Assembly: GCA_951406725.2 (NCBI GenBank)
Contig: OX597814.1
Span: 16,368,001 to 16,432,000, forward strand
DNA length: 64,000 nucleotides
Source: Octopus vulgaris
Taxonomy: Eukaryota
Direction of reading: 5' to 3'
The notes under the pieces are model-generated. The model searched no databases. It had not been told where the DNA came from and saw only the letters and a list, made by a program, of their open reading frames with translations. Every line of letters starts with the position of its first letter. Within the stretch, counting starts at the first letter, position 1. A program made the position numbers and the translations under genes. Of the stretch, positions 14,231 to 26,523 are shown piece by piece.

Positions 14231-14649
14231 AGGCGCAGGAGTGGCTGTGTGGTAAGTAGCTTGCTAACCAACAACATGGTTCCGGGTTCAGTCCCACTGC
14301 GTGGCATCTTGGGCAAGTGTCTTCTGCTATAGCCCCGGGCCGACCAATGCCTTGTGAGTGGATTTGGTAGACGGAAACTGAAAGAAGCCTGTCGTATATA
14401 TGTATATATATATATATATATATGTAAGTGTGTGTGTGTTTGTGTGTCTGTGTTTGTCCCCCTAGCATTGCTTGACAACCGATGCTGGTGTGTTTACGTC
14501 CCAGTCACCTAGCGGTTCGGCAAAGGAGACCGATGGAATAAGTACTGGGCTTACAAAGAATAAGTCCCGGGGTCGATTTGCTCGACTAAAGGCGGTGCTC
14601 CAGCATGGCCGCAGTGAAATGACTGAAAAAAGTAAAAGAGTAAAAGAGT
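14231..14649 (+). mobile_element. SINE family A, full length
   Basis: Head, cttgggcaag motif, internal microsatellite and (aaagagt)n tail. Confidence 0.93.
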
Positions 14650-15610
14650 ATGTATGTATTTATGTATGTACATCATATGCAGGCGTTGAAATGAACGTGT
14701 ATTTAAAAGTTCGATCCCAAAGCCTACTGCAGCACGTCGATCCGGATCCGTGCCATCTGATTGTATGTGCTTTACAAAAGCCTTACCATAATCTAGACCT
14801 TAATGCAACAGCTCTGTTTGACGATTATATTAGCGACGTGTCTATGGAACTACCATCAAGTTCATATATAACACTATAAATATAACACTGGAATGATCAA
14901 AAATTTGAAATATGTAGCACTCAAACGCGATACCAGATGTGAGTAGGTCACTGTAAATGTATATATGCATATGGATACACACACTTACATACAAGCGCGC
15001 ACACACAAGCATAGATGCACATACATATATGTGTATATATTGCATATATATATTTATGTATGTATGCATGTGTTTATATACATTTAAATATGTGTATGTG
15101 CCTATTTATCTGTTATGCACTCTCGCGCGCAAAAATTAAAGAAAAATATTCACAAATACATATGAATTATCTTTGAAGAGGAGAGAGCAACCAAGCTGAC
15201 TGAAGTACCGAGAATTACAAGCATGGTGAACCTCTTATTCCTTGTGTTAGTTTTGTAACTTTCTGTTCATTAAATCCATAATAAAGAAATAAATGTACTC
15301 GTATACGAAGTCCTAGCTACCTTGTTAGTTCTACCAATCCCCCTCTATGTGTACATGTGCGCATGTGTATGTGTATATATGTGTGTGTTTGTCTGTGTGT
15401 GATGGTGTATGGTATATATATATACATGTATATATTGGTATCCCCCCAAAGTACACTTTCTGTTCATTAAATCCATAATAAAGAAATAAATGTACTCGTA
15501 TACGAAGTCCTAGCTACCTTGTTAGTTCTACCAATCCCCTCTATGTGTACATGTGCGCATGCGTATGTGTATATATATATGTGTGTGTTTGTCTGTCTGT
15601 GATGGTGTAT

Positions 15611-15674
<64 letters not shown>

Positions 15675-15675
<1 letters not shown>

Positions 15676-16235
15676 ACAACATACCCCTCCTAAAAAAAGA
15701 CCACAAAATGAACACAATCCTCCAAACACACACGATCATAAAAAGCAAAAGACAGCCTAGATCCATGAAAAGTCTCCTTACACAAGCCCGAATTCACTCT
15801 TCAACACAGAAGCCGACAGTAAAAAAATGTGGAAGACCCAATTGCGGGATATGCGACTATCTAATCGAGGGTTCTGAGTTCTCCTTCAAACAGGGACAAC
15901 GGTTTACAGTGAAAAGCAACTTCACATGTGCTTCGGAGAACCTAATATACTCACTAACCTGCTCCGGGTGTCAAGAGCAGTACATAGGCCAAACAAAAAA
16001 TGGTTTGCGTAAACGAATGGCCCTGCACAGATCCCAGATAAAAATTCCCCAAAACAGAAAAATAGCTTTTAGCCAACACATAGATACTTGCGCCAACAAA
16101 AAAACACCAAACTTCAGAATTTTCCCCCTCTACCAATTTAGGGACGATACAACCTCGAGACAAAGAATAAGTAAAGAAAATCTCTTTATTACAAAATACA
16201 AGCCACTTCTTAACGGGTCTACGACAAACAATTAA
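15675..16235 (+). CDS. Penelope-like (Neptune-type) GIY-YIG endonuclease, 5'-truncated open frame
   Basis: CGRPNCGIC zinc-knuckle linker, NLIYSLTCSGCQEQYIGQT, LRKRMALH, FSQH and KENLFITKYKPLLN; no stops; truncated upstream at (TA)n. Confidence 0.92.
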
Positions 16236-16978
16236 TTTACCTCAACTTTAGAATAAAAGAAAAATATATATATACACACACAAATACTACACTCCATAGA
16301 ATCCATTACTAATCAGCCCCTTCATAGCTATATTTACACCCATTCATATTCTCCCTTCTCTGTTTTTTTCTTCTTCTTCTTCTTCATCATCATCGTTATC
16401 ATCATCATCGGCGTCATCATCACCACCATCTTCTCCTTCTCCTCCTTCTTCTTCTTCTTCTTCTTCTTCTTCTTCTTCTTCTTCTTCTTCTTCATCATCA
16501 TCGTTATCATCATCATCGTCGTCATAATCATCACCACCATCACCATCATCTTCTCCTTCTCCTTCTCCTTCTTCTTCTTCTTCTTCTTCTTCTTCTTCTT
16601 CTTCTTCTTCTTCTTCTTCTTCTTCTCCACCCCCTACCCCTTAAGTTTGTCACTAATGTTTTTTAGCATAACACCTACGCTAACTCTATAAACAAGCCTG
16701 TCAATATAAATATTCTCCTGAATTGAACTGAGACTGCCAGCCGCCACTGACCATTCAAAATACGACCATCAGGGCACTCCCAGATTCTTCCACCCCCTTT
16801 CCTCACCAGCCTTCCCTCTACTACCCTACCAAGAACTCACAACTACCTCGAACACACAAGTGCAAACAAGGGAGTCAGAGAAAGGCAGAATGCCACTTAA
16901 ATCTGAACACTACTATAGAAATATTCTTTTAAAAAAACTTTTCTTCTAATTTTTCTAAATTTAATTATTTAATCGTTA

Positions 16979-17016
16979 CAGTTGAAAAGGTCTCAAAATG
17001 ACCGAAACCGGTACTG
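16979..17016 (+). ncRNA. Minimal type I hammerhead, U3-A8 core variant
   Basis: cag TTGAAAA ggtc-tcaaaat-gacc GAAA ccgg TA ctg; palindromic ACCGGU stem III. Confidence 0.8.
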
Positions 17017-17384
17017 AAATGTTCACTATAAAATTATTTTAGCATTTTCTATTTTTTACTTGTTTTTTTCATATATATATATATATATACATGTATCCAT
17101 GTATGTATTTATGTATGTATATATCCATATATGTATATCCATATATACATACATTGTTGTAAATATATGTGTATGTTTATATATAGATATGTAAGTATGT
17201 GATTTATGTGTCCGTGTATGCGCTGCGTTTGCCAAGTTTTGCATTTCAAAATTATTTAATACATATGCAATACGGATTAATATCTCGAGAGTCCGTAAAC
17301 ATGTCGATGCTTTGAATATTTTATCCTGCCACATGAACAACTAAACGAACGATCACACGTGTGCAGAATGTAAATAATAGTGAC

Positions 17385-17452
17385 AGAAGAAGAAGAAAGA
17401 AGAAGAAGAAGAAGAAGAAGAAGAAGAAGAAGAAGAAGAAGAAGAAGAAGAA

Positions 17453-17539
<87 letters not shown>

Positions 17540-17555
17540 GAAGAAGAAGAAGAAA
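17385..17555. repeat. (AAG)n-(ATG)n-(ATT)n-(AAG)n compound microsatellite
   Basis: Directly visible. Confidence 0.97.
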
Positions 17556-17654
17556 TAAGCAAACTACTACGTTGGCTGCGAGATGAATAATCGCATATTT
17601 AAAAAATTCTAAATATAAATGATAAATATATTGTCAAAATTAAATTGTCTCTAA

Positions 17655-18048
17655 TCTTTATATATAAAACTGTAGTTGTGTGAGTGTCTGTCCCCTTCGA
17701 TTTAGATTCCTAACTACTCCCACATTTTGCGGTGCAGTTTAACCAAAACTGGGTATCTTATAGTCGTGATTCATATCGAGCCCTTCCGGGTATTAGCGCG
17801 CGTCTACGATGAGTCTACGATTTTAAAAATAATTTACCATCATTTTTTTCCATTTTCATGCATATTTTTTTAAAGGGAAGTAACTCTCTAAAAATGTCTA
17901 CGATGAGTCAACGATTTAAAAAAAAAATTAACATTTTTTTTTCCATTTTTAATGCATTTTATTGCTATTTTTTTGGCTATAACTCTCTAAAAATGCTAAT
18001 ATAGTTATTTCCTATACAAACCCGAGCAACGCCGGGCGATACTGCTAG
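17655..18048 (+). mobile_element. Non-autonomous Helitron
   Basis: A|TC start (tctttatatataaa), subterminal hairpin cccgagcaacgccggg, CTAG|T end, internal duplicated block. Confidence 0.88.
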
Positions 18049-18610
18049 TGCGATATAAAAAAAACGTAAGGAGAAAATTTATAATAACACAATCAGGAGA
18101 CGTCTACACAGCGTGCTCGGGCAGAGCTGTTCAGGGATATGACAACTAAGTCCCTGAGTGCTCAATCACCTTTTAGAAAGTGTAACTGACTCTTGTCAAT
18201 ACCGCACTCGTTTAAAGACAGAAAAGCAAAGTTGTCGTCCAAGCTATAAAGGTATGACGAAATATAAGAATGGCGATGGATTGAAGTTGTTTGGTCATAA
18301 TGCGGCGCATCGAGTTCATGGAGGTGTGAGTAAAGCATTTATAAATACAAACATCAACTGCAACAATTAGAAAGGTATAACACATATTCTTCAAGACGTT
18401 TAGTTTCATGATGATGACGACGATGATGATGATGACGATGAAGACGATGATGATGATGAAGATGATGATGGGGATGGAGTCGAACCCGAGTTTCACACCT
18501 CACATTATTCAATGCTGAACACAAGTGCAGAATGTGGTACCCTAAATTTGGTTACGTATTGCATTTTAGTGTACTTTGGGGGGATACCAATATATATATA
18601 TATATATATA

Positions 18611-19144
18611 CAGGGTGTCCCAAAATATGTATACACACCTTAAATAATTGTAAATTTGGGGTTTATTATAATTCAAATAATTTTAAACATGTAAAAGAAT
18701 TTACAAATATCATTCTATTGTCTTGTTATCGCATGTTCTCAAACTGATGTCCGTTCTGCTCCAGACACTGCTGACAACGCGAAGCGATGGAATGGCACAC
18801 ATCATGGAACAATTCCCTTGGGATATTCGTACAATCATGTTCAATGGTTGCCCTCAATTGAACGACTGTTGCAGGTTTCTGTGCGTAGACTTTGTCCTTT
18901 AGGTATCCCCATAAAAAGAAGTCTAGTGGTGTGAGGTCTTGTGAACGTGGAGGGAATTCGACAAAATCTCTCCGTCCAATCCACCTGTTTGGCAAGATCC
19001 CATCAAGAAAGGATCTAACATCGCGATGGTAGTGTGGAGGTTCCCCCCATCTTGCTGGAAATAAAACTCTTCCTGTTCAAAGTCCTCTCTAATGCTTGGC
19101 ATGACAGACTGTTGCAGCATGTGTATACATTTTTTGGGGACACC

Positions 19145-19147
<3 letters not shown>
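18611..19147 (-). mobile_element. Internally deleted Tc1-type transposon with both TIRs
   Basis: TIRs cagggtgtcccaaaatatgtatacac / gtgtatacattttttggggacaccctg in TA tracts; FQQDG..NRWIGR..PPRSQDLTPLDFFLWGYLKDKVY..NGHQFE. Confidence 0.93.
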
Positions 19148-19181
<34 letters not shown>

Positions 19182-19184
<3 letters not shown>

Positions 19185-19930
19185 TAGTCATTAAAAATTG
19201 GGAACAAAATCCATATTCCTTTTACAAATGTATTGAAACAAATGATATTTGTTCTTTATAACATAGGAAAATGAAAGTAAATCTTATATTTCAATGTAAG
19301 CACCAGTGGCATCAACCAGTTTCCTCAAACGACCAAGGATGGAATGAACAACCCTCTGGAGGACGTCCTCTGGGATATCAGTGTAAACCTCCTGAACCTT
19401 TGTCTGCAAGTCCTCAAGTATGCGAGGTTTTGTCTTTTACACCTCTTTTGCTCAACCCCACAGGTAAAATTCACATGGAGCGAGATCTAAACACCTTGTT
19501 GTTTCTGACTTCTGGACGTCTGCAGTCACAGTGTTCAGGTTCTAACTCCTGCACGTAATGGGTTTTCCACGAACGACAATTTAATTCTTTATGCAACACT
19601 ATGCAATTTGTATCTTGTTAGTCCACTTTCATTAGCTGCTTGACGTGTTGATTTTTTTGGTGGGCTGCGATTATACATTTCTAGCACTGGTGCCACATTC
19701 TCCGCTGATCGGGAAGTGGCTGAACGACCGCTTCTTCATGCATCGTTCACAGAACTCGCAGTCATCAGCTTTGCATGACAATGTTTTATTGTTTGCGGAC
19801 GTAGTGTTGCATGCTTACCTTTCCATGCACGCCACCATCTCTGAACCGAAATAATGGAATTCCACACTTGCTAGCATGCTGCTGTCTTAGCTGGCTGCTA
19901 AACAGTCAAGCGACTGGCCATCGGGAAAAT
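19182..19930 (-). mobile_element. Second Tc1-type transposon relic (HTH N-terminus joined to C-terminus)
   Basis: Minus-strand translation: SIISVQRWWR..RSGRSATSRSAENV..RSPPKKSTRQAA..HYVQEL..DLAPCEFYLWG..RLRKLVDATGAYIEI*. Confidence 0.8.
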
Positions 19931-20117
19931 AAGAAATAAGAAATAAGACAATAAAAATTAAGAAACCCCCGTTAGTGCTGTTTGTTTATATATATATATA
20001 TATAATGGAACAAAAACGCATTAGAGGAAAATAAAATATCCTAAAAGGTAGATGATACAACGGCGGACAGGAAATACAACAATTAGTGGGAAAGGAAAAT
20101 ATGGACAGGTAATTCGT

Positions 20118-20210
20118 GGCCTTCTTTCTTCAGTCAAGTTACCAGATGTCTTTACAGTTTCTGGCAGTTACACTTGTGACTGTTCGATCTGGTTGCTCCA
20201 CAAAAAAGCC
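20118..20210 (-). ncRNA. Candidate non-circularly permuted hammerhead
   Basis: Minus strand: ggctttttt..accagat cgaa cagTC acaagt..tgcca GAAActg..atctggt aacttga CTGAAGA aagaaggcc; cagt/actg, caagt/acttg, accagat/atctggt and the terminal helix all pair. Confidence 0.6.
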
Positions 20211-20621
20211 TACGCTAAGAGCATTAGCTTTTTTGTAACAAAGCCAGCGAATATGTACAACAAAAACAAAAAACGGAGAACATGGTACACAATTACAAAT
20301 ACAAACAACAAGAATATTACAACAGGTGTCTTTCGACTTAGGACGAATCAAATTGAGCTGGCGTGTATCAAGGGAAAACCTTAAGACAGGAGCATAGGAG
20401 ATGGACTCTTTTCCTCTCGTTTCTCTCCCCAGTATCAAATTCGTAGAATATATTTCATGTTAGCTTTCGAATTCATGTCTTTGCCACATATACTGCAGTG
20501 CAGGCAGAGGTGCTGTCAATACTGCATCTGCTTCATATCGTCATATCTTTTCATGTGGCTCTTCAAACCAGCAAGAGGACGATAGATTGTTCCACCTATT
20601 TCACATTTACTATTTTGGACA

Positions 20622-20910
20622 CAGTGTGAGACGACTGTTGTTATCGTTAGGCCTAACACATCGTAAAGTCAATACCACCAAAGCCGATATCCAATCTACA
20701 GTGGAGAAGGCTAGCCACTGGATTTTGTTAAAAACAGACGATGAGCGATGGCTAGAAGAATATTGAGCTTTATTTGATAAACAGCTGGTCTAGCAAGCGT
20801 GGGCTCATATCAGTGAGGGGGACCGGTACGCATTGAAACCGTCAAGAGGTAGGCCCCGAAACGGCGTGCATTCTCTCCTGATGACCCCATACATTTGCTG
20901 GCTTCCGGTA
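20622..20910 (+). mobile_element. 3' end of a HERO-like RLE non-LTR retrotransposon
   Basis: SVRRLLLSLGL..STVEKASHWILLKTDDERWLEEY* is homologous to EKASFYIWLKREDRKWLE in ORF 34748-35104; structured 3' UTR follows. Confidence 0.75.
20790..20901 (+). ncRNA. Candidate non-circularly permuted hammerhead in the HERO-like 3' UTR
   Basis: ccGTC (20839-43)..GAAACgg (20858-64)..CTGATGA (20878-84), with helices agag/ctct, gtacgc/gcgtgc, gggg/cccc and tagcaa..gtggg/cccat..ttgctg. Confidence 0.65.
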
Positions 20911-21432
20911 TGCGGAGTTTTTGACTAGTAGCACTTGCATGTGAAGTTGTTTGCAATACATCCGCAAGTCTTGATCTTACCGCTTAGCTCTTCTTCCGAA
21001 TTTCTCTTTTGTATGACACATGACTCTCAAATAATGTGACACTATCAAATATTGCTTTGTTTTTTTCTCTCCAGTTTATTCTACACAACTGCTTGCTCTC
21101 ACAATTTACCAAGTTTATCATAACATGGTCTTTGTACTGCTGCTTAGATTAGGGGCTTTCGTCTTTCTTTGTCTCAATTACTCATAAAGCAGTTGCTTTG
21201 GGATTCCGGTATTACTTATTCGAACAATATGTCCACTCCACCTTAAAACATTCCGATTGATATAATGTGAACTTTCTCTAGAACTTTGTGGTGGAGTGTT
21301 TGTCGATTTCACATTGTATATATATTTCCAACAGCTATATACTTCTAGTCTGTTAATACTGTAGGTCTCATCACTCCCATCACCTTTTGACTTTCAGGAA
21401 GAAAAAGTATATTTTTCGATGGTAATCGTTTA

Positions 21433-21660
21433 GGGCGGCGTGCTGGCAGAATCGTTAGCACGCCGGGCGAAATGCGTAGCCGTATTTCGTCTGCCGTTAC
21501 GTTCTGCGTTCAAATTCCGCCGAGGTCGACTTTGCCTTTCATCCTTTCGGGGTCGATTAAATAAGTACCAGTTACGCACTGGGGTCGATATAATCGATTT
21601 AATCTGTCCTTGTTCCTTCTCTCTGTGTTTAGCCCCTTGTGGGTAGTAAAGAAATAGGTA
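21433..21660 (+). mobile_element. SINE family B
   Basis: Near-identical to 2213-2444. Confidence 0.92.
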
Positions 21661-21889
21661 ATCGTTTAGTTCGAAAATAACTTTTGTGTGAGTATATTTC
21701 GAATGAATTAAGCTTTTTGAGACGATAGGCGTTTTCAACGTGCCTATGTATTGCACACTTATATACATATGTGCATGCGCACACGTGTATATATGCGCGC
21801 TCATAAATGTGTGTATATATGAATATATGAGGCCGATATTAGCCCTGGCCAAAAGTTTGAGTGAAATGCTGCTAAAGGGCCTTATGCCT

Positions 21890-22130
21890 CCCCAAATAAG
21901 TTGGTAGTAGCAATAGTTCAAATAGCACAAATGTCTAATGTAACTGTGGTGTGTTCTTTGGCTTCGTCTTCTGAAGCGAATCTTAACTCCACAGTGCCAA
22001 TTTTTTTTACCCCTTGCCACGTAGGTGGTCCTGCTCTAAATGAGCTGTAGCAATTTTTCGATTAGTTCTTTGGAGGTGTGTTCTATTTTCGTGTTTTTTT
22101 AAAGAAATTTTATGTGATCGTTTTACGCAA
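21890..22130 (-). pseudogene. Possible L1/Tx1-like ORF1 fragment
   Basis: Minus strand GVKKIGTVELRFASEDEAKEH resembles the RRM-like ORF1 of LINEs; frameshifted. Confidence 0.4.
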
Positions 22131-23073
22131 GGTGAGTTACGTGATTTCGCAGGGTAGGGTGAGACTGACATTGGTCCCGTCTCTTTGTAGTAAGCATGAG
22201 CATGTGTGTTTTATAAATTCTTCCATGCTAAGGTTTAGGCTTCTCTTGATTAACTTTTGCCGCCGACACGAAGCTGCGACTGTCGCTATTTATGGTTTTT
22301 GGGTATTTATCATTAGAGTTACTGGTATTGTTGGCGTAAGTACATGAGATAATTTATTTTCTTTCGTAACAGCTCTGTTCTCCTCCTCTCTCACGCTCTC
22401 TCGATCTCTCTTTTTCTTTCTCTCCACAAGGGAGAGGCGAGAAAGCTTCCTCCAAAAATCTAGTTACTGGGGTCGTAGTCTTCCTTGAGCCTTGCTTCCA
22501 CATTATAGAAAGAAAGTGTGTGGGTCAGTGTGTGTGTGCATGCACATGTATGAATGCATGCGTGCATCTGTGTGTATGCATGTATGTATGTATATGTGTA
22601 CATTTGTATGTATGTATTCTGCATTTTGATGTGTTTGCGTGTCCATATTTGTATGTTTTTATGTATATGTGTGTGTGTGCTCCTCTGTCTCCTTGTATGT
22701 GCATATCTGAGCGCGTGTGTGTGGAGTTCGCAACTGTGTACTGTATTTTTATGCATGGATATGCATCTCTATATGTATGGACGTGCGTCTCCATATTTGT
22801 CATTGTGTGAAGTAAAGTGTGTGTGTATATATGGTCATGTGTTTCAGTATTTGAGTGTGTGTGTATGTATGCTTGTCTGTTCATATAACCTATGTACCTA
22901 TCCCTCTGTATGTCTATCTGTTTACTTTCATATCCATATGCTTACATAAATGTGCATATACATATATACATACACCCACGCATACACACACATACATACA
23001 TCTATCTACATAACAGCCCACTAACTATTCTACTCTACCTGTATAAACTGTGGGTATTAGTGTATGATATCTA

Positions 23074-23995
23074 CTACGTATATTTCCTATTTAGTATTTG
23101 GAAAGTTTCCTTTATGAGGACGTTCTCCTGTATTTGTCTGAGTGTTGGGTCCTTTGGATACTTGGATAAGATGTGGATGTCAAGTTGATCCAGGTTGCCT
23201 CCATGTTGATCATTGGCATGATTGTTGACATGGTCGTTTCTGCAATGCTCTTGACGTCTCCCTAGGTATGTTATGTTCATGTCTTTAGATGCACCTTCTG
23301 TGCATCTTATGCTTTAAACTACATTTCTAGTTCTACAGTTTATGCCAGGACTAATCCTACATACCATTCAGTTATCATTGGTGCATATAGTATTCTCAAA
23401 GATGTACGTCCTACATAGTTGTGATCTGACGGTGTTCCCTGGTTTTTAAACAATCTTAAGATTGTTGAGTTTGGTCTCTCTCTTTCAGAGCTTTTCTAAA
23501 CCGTTCTCCATGGTCTATGGCCTCTACAAACATCACTTCTTGATTATTTGTCGGTTTTATATCGTATTCACCCTGTTTGATTTGTGACAAGTTATTTGTA
23601 TCCTATTCCCGTCTTCGTTTCTATATCTAGAGCAGATACCACATGTATCATTACATATAATATTATCAATTACTTTCTGGCACACTATCATTTTTATCAT
23701 AACCAGAGAATTGCATGCGGTTCCTGAAGTTCTGTACATGTTTTTTCGTTCCATAGGGTTTTCATAGCGGTGGGGGCACGTTTTTCATTATCCTAATTAA
23801 GTCTGCTATCAGTATGTTAATTTTCGTGATGTGTAACAAAGCTGAGTTCTTGTGAACAACGTACTTCGAAGCTATGGCTTTTATATAATAGGAGTGGTGG
23901 AGCTGCACTCTATTATTTACAGTCTCTAACCAAAGTTCATTATCAAGGACGGGGAGTCTCTTTTTGGGGTGCCGAGTGGGGTTGATATACATTAC
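23074..23995 (-). pseudogene. Degenerate Penelope-like element (RT thumb plus GIY-YIG)
   Basis: LPVLDNELW..HHSYYIKAIASKYVVHKNSAL..KINILIADLIRIMKN; NCRTRNVV..TYLGETSR; HANDQHGG..DPTLRQIQE..ILNRK. Confidence 0.8.
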
Positions 23996-25074
23996 ATCGA
24001 AAAGTTACGAGAAAATACCTCCGATGAATCACTTAAACCCAGACACAAGGATACTCGAAAAAACATCGTTAATCAATTCAAATTCTGTTTGTTTCACATA
24101 AAATGTATGAGCTTTTATTCTACAAATAACATAGAGGAGAATATCTTCAGTAAATAATTTGTTTCTACCGATAGATTTGTAGAATGTTTTAATAAACTTC
24201 ATTATCGTTAGAGTTATTTTACTCAAAATTAATGCCAATAGTTTCATTCAATATATTCTCATTTTCAATGAGTGTTTCATTAAGAACCCTATCTCTATAA
24301 CATGAATGTATGTTATCCTGCTGTTTGTATATATATGCTAAGGTTTCCGAACTTATCTCACAAATGCTGACATTTCAATTAAAAATAAATACTAGTTGAA
24401 TGATACCGTTGTTTTTTCTAATTAAACTCGATTTCAGTGATGCAACTGAAAAAGTGCATTAGTTACATTTAAAGGCCAATATTAATAAAGAACATAAAAC
24501 CATACATAAGTACATATACACATGTCATGACATACAGAAACAATAAGTGTATGATGGTGATTTGATGATAAATATGTTTTAGAATTTGCAGTCGCTTTGC
24601 TTAATCTTACGTAAAACATGCCCGAACACAAATATGCTTGTATGTGTGCTTGTGTGTGCACATGTCTCTTTGTGTATGTATCTGTAAGTGTGTATATATA
24701 TATATACGTGTGTACGTACACAAAGAATTAAATAAAACTCACTAGTTCTGCTTTAATATTTAGGCATGATATATTAAGAGTAGTCGTAATTATAATCGCG
24801 GATGCTGTCAGATCATTTCATGCAAGTATAAGAGTAAGACTGACTTATCATATAAACTTGTAATATCAAAGCGTATGCTGCATAGATATAGATAAATCCA
24901 AAGCAGATGGTTGCTTATATAATAAACACTGGTTGCGTTTCTGAAATTTTGATATAGTTAGTGCCTGCTTCTAGATTTTATGTATCAATAAAACGCGGAT
25001 TGAATTAAGATTTTAACGATTGCACTCTGTTACAAATCTAATAATAGTTTAATCTATGTTTTAATACTTTCAGC

Positions 25075-25400
25075 TTACCACGAAAAGGTTCTCAGGTTCC
25101 GGCTGTCTTCTCACGAGATCGGCATTCTATTGCTCAATATTCTTGCCAAATCTCTACGTCTTTGATGAAAAGAAAGAATTCCTTTGAAATCTACTCAAAG
25201 GCAGAAGGAAATATAATCATGATATAGAAAGTTTCATTTCACGTCTGTTGCCTATAATGGTCGACACGATAAGGTTGGTGCAGGTAAGGGTGGAGAAGGC
25301 TTTTGTTGCAATGCGATTCAAGAGATTTGGAAATTTGGCCGCAATGATTGGCTGTCTTACGACTATAATGATAGCAGATATATAGAGAGTGGAAGACAAT
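25075..25400 (+). pseudogene. Possible L1/Tx1-like ORF2 C-terminal relic
   Basis: LKGRR..VRVEK..FKRFGNLAAM weakly resembles Tx1-like ORF2 ends. Confidence 0.3.
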
Positions 25401-26024
25401 AATGTTGTGAAAGATATTGGATATTTGCTTCCTTGAATTAGACTGACCTTTCAGATTTAGATTTTAGTTTTAGATTAAATGAAGATCTGCAATGTTCTTT
25501 TTCGTTCTTATAGTAGATTTAAAGCGTTTTCTTCACAGAATCACCCTATCAAGAAGAACAAGACTATTACTGATAAACAGTATACAGAAATATTTCAAAG
25601 ATATTTGGGTTGATAATTAACCTTTAAACGTTCAGTATCAAAAGAATTTAATGTATAGCGAGTGAATCATAAAACGTAACATACGGGCTTTAAGATTGCA
25701 CTTTCTAATGTCTGCATATAAGAAAGTTCATACGCATATTGTCACCATACTTACATGCAAACTGCAAATGTATTATAGATTATGTATTATATATTTTTCA
25801 TAGGCATTATATAATAAAAACAACTTACGTACAAATATTTACAACATATAACTTTTTCATTAAACGATTTATATGAAAACATATACACATATCTTGCAGT
25901 CTATATGTATACAAATGCGTGCTAATACATATGGGTATGTAGTTATACATTAATGCATGTGTATATACACGCATATAAGCATATATACGTATATCGATAT
26001 CCTTGTTGCTTACTTTGATTTTAT

Positions 26025-26094
<70 letters not shown>

Positions 26095-26455
26095 ACATAC
26101 GCATATATGGTTGTGGTATTACAGCATTAGTCTGATATGCAGTTCAGCGATGAAATGTACTAAATACTTTAGGTAGAGTGGAATAATTAATGTGGATATA
26201 TATATATATAGACTTAAAGAAGGAACTGTGCGAATTTTTAGTTTCAAAACTTCAAGCAATTTGTGTAATGTAAATTTGTATCTGAACGAAATATTGCCGA
26301 TGACAAACACCGAAGGGTGACAGACGGAATTTTAATTTTATAAACACCCACCCACACACACACACACACACTCTCTCTCTCTCTCACACACACGCACGCA
26401 CACAAACTATGTTTGTAAGCGGGTTTCTGATATAGTTTCATAGATTCATTGATAC

Positions 26456-26523
<68 letters not shown>

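Larger units (their letters stand above)
15675..17055 (+). mobile_element. 5'-truncated Penelope-like element with 3' UTR/pLTR and hammerhead
   Basis: GIY-YIG ORF, then a 3' region with compound TTC/ATC repeats and an HHR at 16979-17016, bounded by TA tracts. Confidence 0.8.
20420..21320 (-). pseudogene. RTE-clade LINE 3' relic interrupted by a HERO-like fragment
   Basis: LRWSGHIVRISNTGIPKQLLY near 21185-21250, and LAGLKSHM / CSICGK zinc-finger-like tail near 20450-20600. Confidence 0.7.

Noticed and set aside
15200-15241. ctgaagt acc..ggt gaac hammerhead-like stretch
   Set aside because: Two core mismatches and no stem I or III
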